Positions 1-13,645 of a stretch of 64,000 nucleotides of DNA are shown one piece after another; the stretch's first letter is position 1, and every line of letters begins with the position of its first letter. The stretch comes from Octopus sinensis. Its lineage: Eukaryota. A program made the translations under genes and the position numbers. The notes under the pieces are model-generated. The model worked only from the letters and a program-made list of their open reading frames with translations. It was not told the origin of the DNA and searched no databases. The stretch covers positions 116,374,001-116,438,000 of the forward strand of contig NC_043002.1 of the NCBI RefSeq assembly GCF_006345805.1, written 5' to 3'.

Positions 1-539
1 CTGTATGATTTATGGAGATTTCTACGGTGTGAGACTAGTTTTAAGAATATTAACCTTTGTTTATGTTTATAATCCGAAATTTATTTCTTGCTGAGTTATT
101 TCTTGATAATATATATAAATCTACAAGATTGCACAGATCTGCTCTGGCGTGTGTCCTCATGAATACATAAAAAATGCCCACTTTCTTTACTCAGTCATAG
201 TTGCAGTAAAAAAATAGTCTTTTTTTTGCATGCCTAATTTGCTTCAATGTTGTTGTCCTTTAAGTTCTGTGGGAATCATGTGCTAAAATGTAGTTTCTTA
301 GAAACTGAGTGTTAAAAATCCAAGATGTTAACATATATTTACCCTTGTTATTAATACTGTTGTACTATACGGGCAAGATATATGGCCTGAGTGCAAATAT
401 GCCAATATGCGAGCATTTATACGTATGTGTATACGAATGTATATATGTGTATCTATGTGTTTATGTACCAGGCTGAGTCAAATGTTTCTTCGTATTCCAA
501 GCTTTCCTTAACAGTTCAAATAAATTACCTACGAAAAGC

Positions 540-850
540 GTTTATTCATGTAAATATATCCTATGATATTCTATTGTCTGTTACCATCGTTATGCAAGAA
601 GATCAATTCCACGGTAATACCATTTCGCTGGTTTAGAGGCAAAAAAACATTCCCTGCATCCGTTTCCAACCTCATCCACATTGTTGAACCTCCGTGCAGG
701 AAATGAGCAATAATTACAAGGTAGTAATCTGATGGTAGGCAGGGTCTTGACGGTAGGCAGGGTCAGGCAGCGCTTCCTCAAGTCTTCATTCATACCAACC
801 AGATGGTATAAACGTGCAACTGAGCTTTTTGCACGACGATCCCAACAGAC
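540..850 (-). mobile_element. Tc1/mariner transposase C-terminal relic
   Basis: ORF 590..793 ends FNNVDEVGNGCRECFFASKPAKWYYRGIDLL, resembling the mariner C-terminus (F.N.DEV...FFASKP..Y..GI..L); degenerate upstream sequence. Confidence 0.7.
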
Positions 851-859
851 ATTCTTTTA

Positions 860-1228
860 TTCTCTTATTCTTTTACTTGTTTCTCTCATTTGACTGTGGC
901 CATGCTGGAGCACCGTCTTGAAGGATTTGTTTAGTCGATGGAATCGACCCCACGACTTATTTTTTAAAGCCTAGTACTTATTCTATCGCTATCTTTTTGC
1001 CGAACCACTAACTTACAGGGACGTAAACACATCTGGTGGTGGTAGGGGAGGGACAAACACAGACTCAAAGATATACACATACATAAACATACGACAGGTT
1101 TCTTTCAGTTTCCGTCTACCAAATCCACGAGGCTATAGTACAAGACACTTGCCCAAAGTGCCACGCAGTGTGACTGAACCCGGAACCATGTAGTTAGGAA
1201 GCAAGCTTCTTACCACACAGCCACGCTT
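860..1228 (-). mobile_element. tRNA-derived SINE (family with CORE-like ttgggcaagt motif)
   Basis: Shares blocks ctttcagtttccgtctaccaaatccac and cttaccacacagccac with at least 7 other copies in the window. Confidence 0.8.
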
Positions 1229-1364
1229 GTGACATGAGTAAGAGTTTTAGTAAGTTGACTATGCAAAAAATCTCCCATCTTCACAGCACTGAAGTTTATC
1301 CTCTGGAACAGCCACCGATTTGATTAGATCGTATATATTGTTGTTAGAACACAAAAACCTAGAT

Positions 1365-1450
1365 CAGATACCGCAAAGAATCTCGTCAAACCTTCGAACC
1401 CACATCCCCGGATTGCTACCTTTTATTGACCCCGGTAAAATGGAAGGGAA
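1365..1450 (-). mobile_element. Nin-type SINE fragment
   Basis: ttttattgaccccggtaaaatggaagggaaagt matches the tttatcgaccccgaaaggatgaaaggcaaagtc core of the fuller copies. Confidence 0.5.
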
Positions 1451-1673
1451 AGTGTTGCTAGAAAAGTCCAAATGAATGATATCCTGAATATATATATATA
1501 ACTCCAAGAATGTTAGGGGTTGTGAATCCAACCCACTAAGGGATAATATCTATCCAATATACAGCTGGTAGAATACCCAATTGTTAATACACAAGTGTTT
1601 TTTTATTGCATTACAATTACATTACCGAGTGTACTAAATGGGTGAAGGTAAAGAGATATTTTACCATTAATTT

Positions 1674-2020
1674 ATAGAGCAATAAGAAAATGGAGGCGAT
1701 CAATAGGTGGTTCATCAACTTTTGGACATTAAAATGTTAACTTATTTATTTATTAAACTGATAATTATAATAACATATTATTCTTTGCATGTAAGATATA
1801 AAATATAAAATATATAAATATATTAGGATACCATGTTTTTTATAATAATTACTGGTATCATTATATATTACTATATTTTATATCTTATATGCAAAGAATA
1901 ATATGTTATATGTAGGTATGTTATTATAATTATCAGTTTAATAAATAAATAAGTTAACATTTTAATGTCCAAAAGTTGATGAACAACCTATTGTTCTCCT
2001 CCATTTTCTTATTTGCTATA
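1674..2020. repeat. Long imperfect foldback (PLE pseudo-LTR-like inverted arms)
   Basis: Arms 1674-1807 and 1872-2020 are reverse complements, e.g. catcaacttttggacattaaaatgttaac / gttaacattttaatgtccaaaagttgatg; bounded by TA runs. Confidence 0.85.
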
Positions 2021-2026
2021 TATATG

Positions 2027-2094
<68 letters not shown>

Positions 2095-2640
2095 ACACTG
2101 GTCCCCTAACCCACCCTTGCCCTCCTTTGACGCGTCTGTAACCTTACACGATCTACTGGTCCGTAGCACCTTCCCCGCTTCCGTCCCAATCGAACCCGAA
2201 TCCTTCTCTTGCTCTAGATCCCGCTACTACGCCTGTCCTTTTATCACCAACACCACCTCCCCCATTGTATCCAACCAGCACACCCTTCACATTAGAAACT
2301 CCTCCTGCACTTCTTTCAGTTTCTTTCGGATTCAATTTCTGCAACAAATTCTACGTTGGTCAGACGGGCTGCTGGTTGGCCCGACCGGTTCACCGAACAC
2401 CTACGAGATGTTCGGCTACGTGCGAACACTCCCGTCGCCAGTCATTTTCGCCTGGCCTCGCTCCGTCTTCGACCTCACCCTGCACCACGGATCCATCAAC
2501 TCTCGACTCCGCCTGGAACAGCGTTACATTTTCAGTCTGCAAGCACAAACACCTTGCGAACTCAACACAACGCCCTCCTCTCAATGACTGTCTTTACAAC
2601 CTCGTTAAGAAAATAACTTTTTATTCTATCTTATATTCAC
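2095..2640 (+). mobile_element. Penelope-like element 3' fragment (GIY-YIG endonuclease, frameshifted)
   Basis: FCNKFYVGQTG in one frame continues as DRFTEHLRDVRLRANTPVASHF in another. Confidence 0.8.
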
Positions 2641-2894
2641 TCGCTGTTTTACACTTTTATTCGTTTTTAATGAATTTTTAAAATCATTTTCCCTGTCGTA
2701 ATTGTTTAATTTGATCCTTTTATTTTATCTTATCTATTTATTATCTCCATTTAGTTTTCTTTTTTTTTCATAATTGTATTAAGTTCTAATTTATCTTTTT
2801 AATTTTCATTTTTTATTTATTAATTTAATTTTTCCAGCTTGTAATTTTCTCTTTTTTCTCTATTATTTTTCTCTATTTTATTTTATTTTTATAT

Positions 2895-3375
2895 CTACAC
2901 ACTCACTCACAGACGCACACATATACGTACGCACACACATGAACGCACATATACCTCTAACACACATCATAGACATACACAACATACACATACATGCATA
3001 CACATACACACACGTACCATACACGCGCACACACATACACATACGCATACACACACGCGCACACACACAGGAACGCACATTTACCTTCACACACAACCCT
3101 ACGCACACACTCTCATACACACATGCACATAGAGACACGCGCACATGCACATGCACACACTCATATATACACGCAAACACCCACAAACGCACACATACAT
3201 GAACGTACATATATCTCCTACACACAACACACACATACAATATGTAGATACATGCACACACATACAGACACTATATATACAAACACTCACACATATACAC
3301 ACGCACATAAACACACGCACAAAACACACACAACATACACATACATGCACACGCATACATACACACACATACAGC
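2895..3375. repeat. Degenerate (CA)n/(CATA)n microsatellite
   Basis: Directly visible; source of the His/Thr and Cys/Val pseudo-ORFs. Confidence 0.95.
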
Positions 3376-4305
3376 CCTTCTGACTGCCTGTCAAACACCC
3401 TGCCACTGACCAAAAACACAACTACGCAAAAGAGTACCACTTCTGTCCCCGCAGCTGCTGAATTCTTTCTACAACATTGGCAGGCACAATGATCTCTAAC
3501 ATGCTCTAATATGCTCTAATATGCTGACGTCATATTATGAATTAAGCTAATGATGCAGGAATACCTACTACAAAAGAATCTCTTCACATTTTAAAGAATG
3601 TGCAATGCGTCTTGAACCCAACTGGAATATGGAGGTCAAATTAAAGTGTGTATTATAATAATTTTACGGAAGGTGAAATTTCTATGATAATTTCTAGAGC
3701 CATCAAATTCTTGCAGAAAATGGTCTGGAGACAATAGAATTCTACAATTTTAATACTTTTACGGTATCAGATTTATTAGAGCTATTAAGTTTTGTTTTTA
3801 ATGTTTTGTTAGAAATTTATGTATATCCCCAAGCAATATTGCTATTTGGGATTGCCATGATTCACTAAACCTATCCACTCATTCGCTGCCTAATGCATGT
3901 TTTCTGAGTTTTAAGTTTATATTTTAGCTTGTTGGTAGTTCTTTGGGATGGCCATAACTGGATCGTATTTGATGTGGAACCAAATATATCAAGACCAATT
4001 CTTTCTCAAACACCGAAATATAATTAAAGAAAGCTCCTGTCTCTATTTATTATGGGATGATATTAAATCGTAGACAAAACAAAAGCAGTCAGTACGCTAG
4101 CATCCAGACAAACACAAAACTCACAAAATACATAGCAAACATCCAAGAGACAACGACACTAGAAGTAAAAACATCCAACCAACAACGGCATTTATATAGC
4201 AATAATAACAGAAACAACTAGGAGCATCTTTGCAGTCCTACGAGCGAGTAGAAATAGCTCAAATCAATCTCAAAGTACATCTTATTGATTTAATAATAAT
4301 AATAA

Positions 4306-4440
4306 TTCTACTATAGTCCCAAGGCCTCAAATTTTGTGGGAGTGGCTAGTCGATTATATTGGTCCCACTGCTCAACTGGTAATCATTTCATCGACTCCAT
4401 AGGAATGAAAGGCAAAGTCGATCTCGGCAAAATTTGAATA
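4306..4440 (-). mobile_element. Nin-type SINE fragment
   Basis: gaatgaaaggcaaagtcgatctcggcaaaatttgaa core motif. Confidence 0.65.
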
Positions 4441-6696
4441 ATAATATAATTTAATAATAAAACTGGATACTCAGGAAAAAAAATAAAAGACGGCATGGTA
4501 AGAACGGTTAGAATGTCTTTTATTATTAGTCTGCTCAATCAGGGACGACCAACAGTATACAACAACAACAATACAACAACAACAGCAGCAGCTAAAGTAG
4601 AAACTACAAAATTGCAATTTCTAAGTTAAAACTGAAATTGCTGGTAATAGATGTTTTATAGTACATAAACTGATGTGTTACAAGTGACTCCCAAATACAA
4701 TTTTCACCATAATTTACTAGAATCGCAGACATTGAAGGAAAAAGCCAGTAACAAGAAATGTATTATCATAATACACGTATACATACCATTTCAACCTCAT
4801 AACCATCCCACCAGGTCACCATTGTCTGTTTTATCACCTAAACGTATCCCCAAACACTATTATCGAGTGACATTTCAATGCTTCTAACACAAAACAAATG
4901 TTGATAACATCAAAATACATACATTAGCATCTCAATTAAATTAGTTTTCATTCTAAACAACCCACACCAGTGCACGCATATATCACATCAAATTAAATAC
5001 AGCAGTTTTTCTCCAGACACATTTTTTACTCGATACAATACACACCTACACACCATGACTATACGTCAAACAAATTCTCCCACACTTTCACAGCTCTCAA
5101 ACTCAGTTCAATTAACATCACAAACACATAGGAAAATACTGCAGTACTTGCAGTCTACAAAATAGAAAAACCTTTAAAAAATACCTCAACACAAATATGA
5201 AAAATACAATTCCAACTTCATTTCGTGTCTTGCTCCCAGGAGGATGTGCATTAATCACGTACAATGTCTCTGTAACTGGCAGGGGAAAAAGAGGAAGCGA
5301 TCACAATTCACAATTATACAGCAAATCATGATTATTCCTTTGGAAATATCACATCAACGTATCTAGTTTTTCTTAGGTCGGAATACTTATAACAGAGTGA
5401 ACACCTCTAACGAAACCCTAGAATCAGGTGGTTCATTAAGTTTATACCCCAAGGACAGATATCGTGCACACGAGAAACTTGACACAAATTCTTTCAACTC
5501 AGTAAGGCTTGAATAGACTCGAGGCTATAAGAGGAATAACCGACCAAACGTGACCCTCGGTGAATTCCGGAACCATGTAATTGAGAAGCTACTTTGTAAT
5601 CGTATAGCCATAGTTTACTACACAATTGGAATAGTATGAGCTAATGAGAAGCGTCTACCTGCTCATTCGACCTGATAAAAGGTCATCAAAACCTCTCCAA
5701 ACTATATCCTACCGTCTATATATAGTTCGTGAAAGGGGAGAAAAGAAAAATGGAAAAACGATGGAATGATCAATTTTGATTGATTTTGATTATAGGTCTG
5801 CCTCATCAAGGCTAGCTTAAGTATAAACGGTAACAATGAAGCCCGAAACAGCATCCTTAATAAAATAACATCCAACTAGTAAAATAGCATAAAAATCAAT
5901 TAACAGCAGCAGTAAATCTAACATTGTTTGTAACGTATGAGACATCCCAATAGTAACTTTAATTACAAGACTGTGACAGAGCGTGTACATGGTCGTTTGT
6001 CTGTTAGAAATAGCATCCCTCAAAACACACACCTAATCTTAAAGAGGAAAGGCAATTAAATAATGTGGTTCTGAATACATGCTTCAAAAATGTTGAACGT
6101 AAGTCAGTTACACCAGGGCTGACCGCGGCTATACAACAACAACAATTAAAACGAATTCAAATAAGCCCAATTCAGAAAATGAGATCAATACCTTGTTGAA
6201 ACCTATTTTGCATCACTTATGAGGAAATCCACAAAGAAGCGAGAATACAAAACACACACCCCAATTATAAGCGGAACCCACCTGATACGCTCCAGAAAAG
6301 CGATAAGAGCATTCTATAGTATAAAAGTTTCAGGGTTTGAAACTATCTCACAATTATAACTCAAAATATGGCATTAATCAATATCTTCGAAAAGGCATAC
6401 TGACGTTTCCAACTCCCAACTTTGTAGAAAGTAATGCCAATTCCTAAAACTAAGAAAACATACAGCTTCATCGAGGAGGTTGAATAGCACCCAAACATGT
6501 CTTCAGTTGTCCATATCTACAAAAAGCAAAGAAAAAGATCAAATATTTTCCCATCCTAGTTCAACGCTTAATTCAATTGCACTTTAGCAAATTGAAATTT
6601 CAGTCATTTTTTGTTTTGTTTCTTTGTACGTAAGAAAAACTTTTCATTAAGAATGTTTTTTTTTTTATTTTCGCTCTATCTCATTATAATTTCAAG

Positions 6697-6900
6697 CAGG
6701 GTGGCGAACTTTCAGAATCATTAGCACATCAAACAAAATAATTAGCAATATTTCTTCCGGCTCTTTACGTTCTGAATTCAAATTCCGCCGAGATCGACTT
6801 TGCTTTTCGAGGTCGATAAAATAAAATGCAATTGAGCCTTGGGGTCGATGTAAACCACTTACACTTACCCTAAAATTGGTGGCCTTCTAATTTGAAACTA
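6697..6900 (+). mobile_element. Nin-type tRNA-derived SINE
   Basis: Head ggtggcgaactttcagaatcattagc then ttcaaattccgccgagatcgactttgc. Confidence 0.75.
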
Positions 6901-6911
6901 TTATCCATTCC

Positions 6912-7276
6912 CTGTTTAAGTCAGTAGACTGCGGGTATGCAGAGTTACCGCCTTGAAGAATTTTAGTCGAACGAATCGATTGTAGGACTTATATATATTT
7001 ATGCCAGATACTTATTCCATCGGGCACTTTAGCTGAATCGGCAAGTTACAGGACGTAAACACACCAACACTTGTTCTCAAACCTTGGTGGGACACGCAAA
7101 CAAACACACACACACACACACACGACGGACTTCTTTCAGTTTCCGTCTACCAAATCCACTCACAAGGCCTTGGTCAACCCGAGGTTATAGTTGAAAGCAA
7201 TTGTCCAAGGTGTCACGCAGTGGGACTGAACCCGGAACCATATAGTTGGGAACGAAACTTTTTACTACACAGCCAC
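6912..7276 (-). mobile_element. tRNA-derived SINE (CORE-like family)
   Basis: Same blocks as 860-1228. Confidence 0.8.
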
Positions 7277-7797
7277 ATATTCATCTTTGCTATGATTATA
7301 TTTTCAAATAATTAAACCGTGTCAAATTCCTCATGCAAGTGGCACTCTCGGTTGAATGCGTGTGTGTGTATGTGTGTTAGTTAACTTTTAAAATTCTTTT
7401 TAGCCAAGATAAAATGTTATCCTACCAAAGATTGGCAGCAAAGTGGGCGGGAGGTAGCCCCAAACCAGAAACCCAGCCCAAACTAATGCAAGAGGTGAAT
7501 TTGTTAAAATATTCAAATAGTCAGGTGATGGTATTAAACCGGATGAGAATTAGAGTCTACCATTCGTGTAGCCATCTCAGGAATGTAAATCTGAGAACTT
7601 ACGAAATCCGGTTCGACACTCTAATGATTCTGACTCAGCCAATTCGCCTCGCGCAGGCTTGTGTGTGTGTCTGTGTGTATATATATATATGTATACACAC
7701 ACACACACACACATATATATATATGTATATATATATGTATATATATATATATATATATGTATATCTATATGTATATACATACATATATATATATTTA

Positions 7798-8815
7798 TCT
7801 ATATATATAAAACTGAGGATGTGTGTCTGTCTGTCTGTCTGTGTGTTTCCCAAAAACTTGAGAATTACACAACCAATTTCATTCAAATTTTACACATGCC
7901 TTACTTAGGGTCCATGTAGTTTCATGGGCAAAAATATGTTCAACTTCTTGCCTAGGGCGAGCCCATAGCAATATCATATCTTCTCCACTATTTCAGTATT
8001 ACGTGTTAAAAGTGAAACAAAAACATTTCTCTATTTTATGTCAGATACTTTCACTTTAACAATAAAAATTAGAGATAATAATAACAATTGAATTATATGT
8101 AGTAAGTAATAATTAAAATCAAACTAAAATATAAAATAATCGTAACATAACAAAAGTAAAAATAGCAATTGGTATAAAATTGCATCAATGACTTGAACTT
8201 GAATAAGTGGTTTCACATGAATGGGAATAAATTGAAAATAAAATTAATGCGCAGAAATGCAATAGTCCATTAAATTAAAGAAAAGACTATTGTCTATAAA
8301 GTATACAATGTAGAGAAAAAAAAAAAGATTTGAACACCTGAAGGAAAGCACCATCGAAAAGTGTCTTGGTGCGACTATGAAAGATATCAAGTATCTAACC
8401 AGAGGCGGTAAATTCGCCACAATAGAAGCAAGGTTCGAGTCAACGGAGCGTGCAAGGGAGTTCTCGACTGGAACCTTGCAAAGTGGAAATATTTTATTTT
8501 TAACCTTTATATCTGGGACGTAGGACGTCCCAGATAAAAATTTTAAATGTTCCCCCAGAAGTAAAGATAGGCTGGATTGTAGCCACACTTCTATACAAGA
8601 GGGAGGACGAGATACAATTGATCGATATTGCAAGAGACGGGCCTACAATTCCAGTCTGTTATATATTTTGAGTATTGTTATCACTAGCGATATGAAGATA
8701 TAACTTTGTATTTTGTATTTTATGTGTAGATGTATATATATAGATGTACACATATATATACACATATATACATGCATTAGCACTATGACCCGGCAACGCC
8801 GGGTCATAATGCTAG
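7798..8815 (+). mobile_element. Non-autonomous Helitron
   Basis: 5' A|TCTATATATATAAAA with (CTGT)n; 3' perfect 11-bp hairpin tatgacccggc-aac-gccgggtcata (8784-8808) then CTAG|T (8812-8815). Confidence 0.85.
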
Positions 8816-8856
8816 TATATATATATATGTATATATATATATGTATATATATGTAT

Positions 8857-10512
8857 GACCTAAAACTACGACCCATTGTAGCTGGCCCAACCTGTGAAAC
8901 ACACAGACTAAGTCTATTTATGGACATCCTCCTGAAACCCTTCCTTAAACATATCGATAGCCATATCAGAGATGACTTAGATATGTTAAACCACCTTCCA
9001 AAAAAAGCCAAGGAAGAAACAATCCTGGTTTCATTTGATGTAGTTAACTTATATACCAGTATACCCCATAATTATGGACTAGAGGCAATACAGTTCTGGC
9101 TGGACCAATTTCCGGAAGAAATACCAAAAAGGATCAGTAAAGAATCCATTACTAAATCAATTGAATTCATCCTACATAATAACCACTTCAAGTTTGACAA
9201 TACATTTTACCGTCAAAAATCCGGAATTACTATTGGTACAAGGGCAGCACCAGTCATTGCGAACCTAACAATGGGCTACCTGGAAATAATCATTTACCAG
9301 GAATCTTTATCAATCTTTGGAAACCCCCTCTCTCAATACATAAAAGAGAATTGGAAACGGTTCCTGGACGATTGTTTTATACTCTGGAATGAAAACACAG
9401 ATAAACTCCTAAAATTTAAAAACCTATTGAACAGCATAAACCCAAATATACAGTTCACAATGGAATACAACAAAAAGGAGCTCCCATTCTTGGATATACT
9501 AATTAAAAAAATTAACCTTAAAATAGAAACAGACATTTTTTACAAAGCCACAGACGCCAAACAATACCTACTTTTTGATTCATGCCACCCAAGATACACT
9601 AAAACAAACATCCCCTTCAACCTTGCAAGAAGGATATGCACAATAGTGTCAGAACAAAATACCAGGAACGTTAGACTGCAAGAACTCAAAAACACCCTAA
9701 TTGACAGACTCCCCGAAAATACTACCTTACATATCCACATACAACCCCAGAAACAAAGAAGCCTTCACCATCATCACCCAGAATTTATCAATACTTCATA
9801 AGGACCCCAAATTAAAGGAAATTCTAAACACACACCAAATCATTAAAAGCTACAAACAACCTAAATCACTTAAAAAGATTCTCACAAAGGCAAAATTGTT
9901 TTCTGAAATTACGGATGCAAAAGTAAAAAAAATGTGGTAGACCGAACTGTGCAACATGTCCAAACCTACTAGAAGGATCAGAATTCCTCTTCATAGAGGG
10001 ACAGAAATTCAAGATCAAATCTAATTTTACTTAAATATAATTTATGTCATAAAATGCTCGGGCTGCCACCAAAACTACGTGTGGGGTCCACGGGACTATC
10101 ACTCAGACGTAGATGCACACTGCATCGACAACAGATTGCATTCCCAGAATACCGAATGATACCCTTTAGTGAGCACATTGAGAAATGCGCAAAGCAACTA
10201 CTACTACAATTTTTAATCTTTCTATTTTACCAATGTGCTATCGGAACACCAACACAAATTAGACTAAACAAGGAAACATTCTTCATTGAAAAATACAAGC
10301 CCAAACTTAACCATTTCAACATTCTTATACAGAGAAACTCACTCCAAAAGAAAAGCAAGAAATATTAAGCGATTATCTCCCTTACACTGGAAGAAATCAC
10401 TTATTACCTCCCCTTATCTGGAACTCGCTTTCACTCTCCTTCACACTTTTCAACGTAAACATAACGATGTAAGAAATTTGAAAAGCTGAACGCGAAACCG
10501 GTCTTTCTTCAA
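8857..10512 (+). mobile_element. Penelope-like element, 5'-truncated (RT + decayed GIY-YIG)
   Basis: LRPIVAGP, LVSFDVVNLYTSIPH, QKSGITIGTRAAPVIANL, WKRFLDDCF, SCHPRYTK in ORF 8713..9801; downstream CGRPNCATC, IIYVIKCSGC..YVGSTG, EKYKPKLN with frameshifts. Confidence 0.9.
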
Positions 10513-10646
10513 AAACTATGTCATTGTATAAAAAAAATTTATAACATTCTTCAGACATAATGACTCAAATATATATATTTTTAACCTTCTAAAACAAGCC
10601 TTCTGTAGTTTTTTCACTTTTTACTATTTTCTATATATATATGTAT

Positions 10647-10680
<34 letters not shown>

Positions 10681-10716
10681 ATATATATATAGTATATATA
10701 TATATTATATATATAT

Positions 10717-10748
<32 letters not shown>

Positions 10749-10793
10749 GTATATATATATGTATATATATACATATGTATATATATATGTCTG

Positions 10794-10852
<59 letters not shown>

Positions 10853-10869
10853 CAGTATGTAACTGATAG

Positions 10870-11040
10870 AAGAGAGAGTTGCACCAACAGTCAGAGGGCT
10901 GGTACTGGTTTTCAGATTGGTGGAGCCCCGGGAAATTAAGTGGCTTACTCAAAGATACAATGCGTCGCCTGGTACAGAAATCGGACCCACGACTTTACGA
11001 TCGTGAAGCCAACACCGTAGTACCAAGGCTGCATGACTTC
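10870..11040 (-). mobile_element. Probable SINE fragment (another tRNA-headed family)
   Basis: Reverse complement reads as an A-box/B-box-like head (ggtactacggtgttggcttcacgatcgtaaagtcgtgggtccgatttc). Confidence 0.4.
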
Positions 11041-11599
11041 ACTCGTGTATACAAATTCGGTGAAAAAAACTCATTATATTGCTGCAGAGTTAATTAATTT
11101 CATTATCTGAGTTACAAAGTGACTCAGCAGCTAAGAATTCCGTGTGCTGCAATTATCATCCTTGACTAATGCAATACAGGAATCTTTCAGACTTTGAGTC
11201 ATTTTTCAAATCTTACATCTGAATTAAATGTGCATGCGCAGTTGTGCAAGTCTTTTTATGTTTGTGCGCGCTTGCATCTATACACACACACACACGAATG
11301 ATTTCATCTACGTAAATAGGATCTTTTCTCTCACAGTGTTTGTAATTTTAAAATTAAGAGATTTTCGAATTTGGAATATTGATATAATTTTTCACACCGA
11401 ATCTGATGTTATTCATTTGTTCCAGAAAAGTTTTCGAAAAATGTTACAGAGGTTTAATTTTACCGCGTCAGAAAACGGGATTTGGAATCTGGCATTTTGT
11501 GCATTATACTACTGCAGTCCACTTCATGCGAACGGTAAATATTTCTTTTTTAGCGAAAAACTCAAAAACGAAAGTTTGAGATACACTCTATGAGTTTAT

Positions 11600-12170
11600 C
11601 AAACAAATTACAATTTTTGGATCTCCTGGGCCACATAAACCTGCAGAAATACGAGTCAACCATAGGAAAGTGTTTCCCGCTGCTCCGTTTATTCTCTCGT
11701 TTTACACCGACCATGGTTGTGTGTGGGTAACATCGTTGCAGTTAACAAGCACAACACTGTGGTTCACTGTTCTATGTTGAAAATTATAACGATCAATTTC
11801 AGGGATGTGAGAGTAGGCTCTCCACAATTCACTGAAAATTGTGGTTCCTGGAGAAATAGACCGAGGTATGCATTCCTCTAGTGTGTCGTGTGTCGCGATT
11901 CTGACATGGCACCGCATAAAGATAGATACGTCTGGTCTCGTGACGCACTCCTCCGAAAACCCACTGTCCAGGCAGCATCCTTCTTCAGTTGTATTTACGT
12001 CTTCAGAAGACTGTTTCGTCTATCTCAACAATGTTCCCAGAACCGCCTATCTGTACTGGGTTACGGAGCAGGTCCTCCATATATTTCGCGAACATAGTTG
12101 TTGTAATCAACAGCTGCGCAATGGCTCAGGCAATACACGTGGTTGTACCTCGGCTTGTTACTATGGGAGC
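11600..12170 (-). mobile_element. Merlin (IS1016/IS1595-like) DNA transposon relic
   Basis: Minus-strand translation QIGGSGNIVEIDETVF*RRKYN*RRMLPGQWVFGGV, then ISPGTTIFSELWRAY..HRTVNHSV..THTQ and DSYFCRFMW; stops and frameshifts present. Confidence 0.85.
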
Positions 12171-12999
12171 AGACAACAATATGTTTGTAACTTTCAATTG
12201 GCTAAAATTTGCAAACTTAAAAAGCTATTAACTACTTTTTAATTTATGTCAAAAATGAATTTCATTTCCATAATTAGTATACAGAACTATTTCAGCTTAC
12301 CAAATTTGATTACAATTAAAGCAATTTGATAACAATTTGATAACAATTAAAACAATTTGATAATATTAAGAACTTTGACAGCAACAGAAAAATCCCGTAA
12401 ATATGTTAAAGGAAAGATTTCCAGTTTCATGGTTTTTATTCAGTTTTGCATTCTGTCATTTTAACATTTTCCAAAGATCCCTAACAATAATAGTGCTCTG
12501 GATTTCTACTTAGGTAAGTTGGTTAACCTTTATTATTTTTGAAAGTTACTTGTTTCTATGGTGCCACAATGGCGAGTGATAAAGCATAGAAATAACAAAT
12601 AATAGCGAAAAATAAAGGAAAGCTAAACTGTCATAATAAAACATCGCAATGCGGACATGGTGCACATTTCCCTCTAATCAAGTAGACTCAGCACAGCTTA
12701 GCTTGACATTTAAGAAAAAAAAACTCACCTACTAACGGATGCAAGAATGAATTGATGCAACAGCCACTAGCTACAATGGTGGTAATGAAGTCGATTATAG
12801 GGAAGTGATAGATAATGGAAAAAAACCAAACCAAACAAAAATAAACCACAAAAAAGCAAAACAAAACAAAATAGTATAGCTAATTCTTGTTGATGCTTCT
12901 TATTTATTGATTTAATATTTATTTTATTGTTTGTTTTTATCCACCATTACGATATTGAAATAATTACCACAGCCATTGTAATCACTGGTGATAATAATA

Positions 13000-13013
13000 A
13001 TAATAACGATAAT

Positions 13014-13044
<31 letters not shown>

Positions 13045-13645
13045 TAATAATAATATAATAATAATAACGATAATAACGATAATAACGATAATGATAATAG
13101 TTAAATTAATAGTAATAATCATACTGCTACAAAACAATAACAATAATTCCCCCTCCTCCTCTCCTCTCTCCTCGTCGTCGTCCTCCACCATCTCTTTCTT
13201 CCCTCCCTCCTCCTCCTCCTCCTCCTCCTCCTCCTTCACCACTCTCTCTTCCCTCCTCCTCCTCCTCCATTATCTCTTTCCTCCCTATCTCCTCCTCTTC
13301 CTCCTCCACCACCACTATCTCTTTCCTCTCTCCTCCTCCTCCTCCTCCCCCTCTCTCCTCTCCTCCTCCCCCTCTCTCATACTCCCCCTCCTCCTCCTCC
13401 TCTTTCCTCTCCCTTCCTCTCTCTTCCTCTCTCCTCCTCCCTACCCTCATTCCTCTCCCTCCTCCACCTCCCCCTCCTCCTTCACTCCTCCCCTCTCCTC
13501 CTCCTGCTCTCTCCTGCTCTCTCCTCCTGCTCTCCTCATCCTGCTCTCTCCTGCTCTCTCCTCCTGCTCTCCTCATCCTTCTCCTCCCTCTCCTCCACTC
13601 CTCCTTCTCGCCCTCCTCCTCGTCTTCCTCCTCCTCCTCCTCCTC

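Noticed and set aside
8713-8856. N-terminal extension of the 362-aa RT ORF suggesting a Helitron-PLE fusion protein
   Set aside because: It runs through the Helitron 3' end and (TA)n by chance; PLE homology starts at DLKLRP (8857).
11994-12020. GAAAC-GUC-CUGAAGA on the minus strand resembling a permuted hammerhead
   Set aside because: No helix I or II; the bases are Merlin coding sequence (DETVF*RRK).
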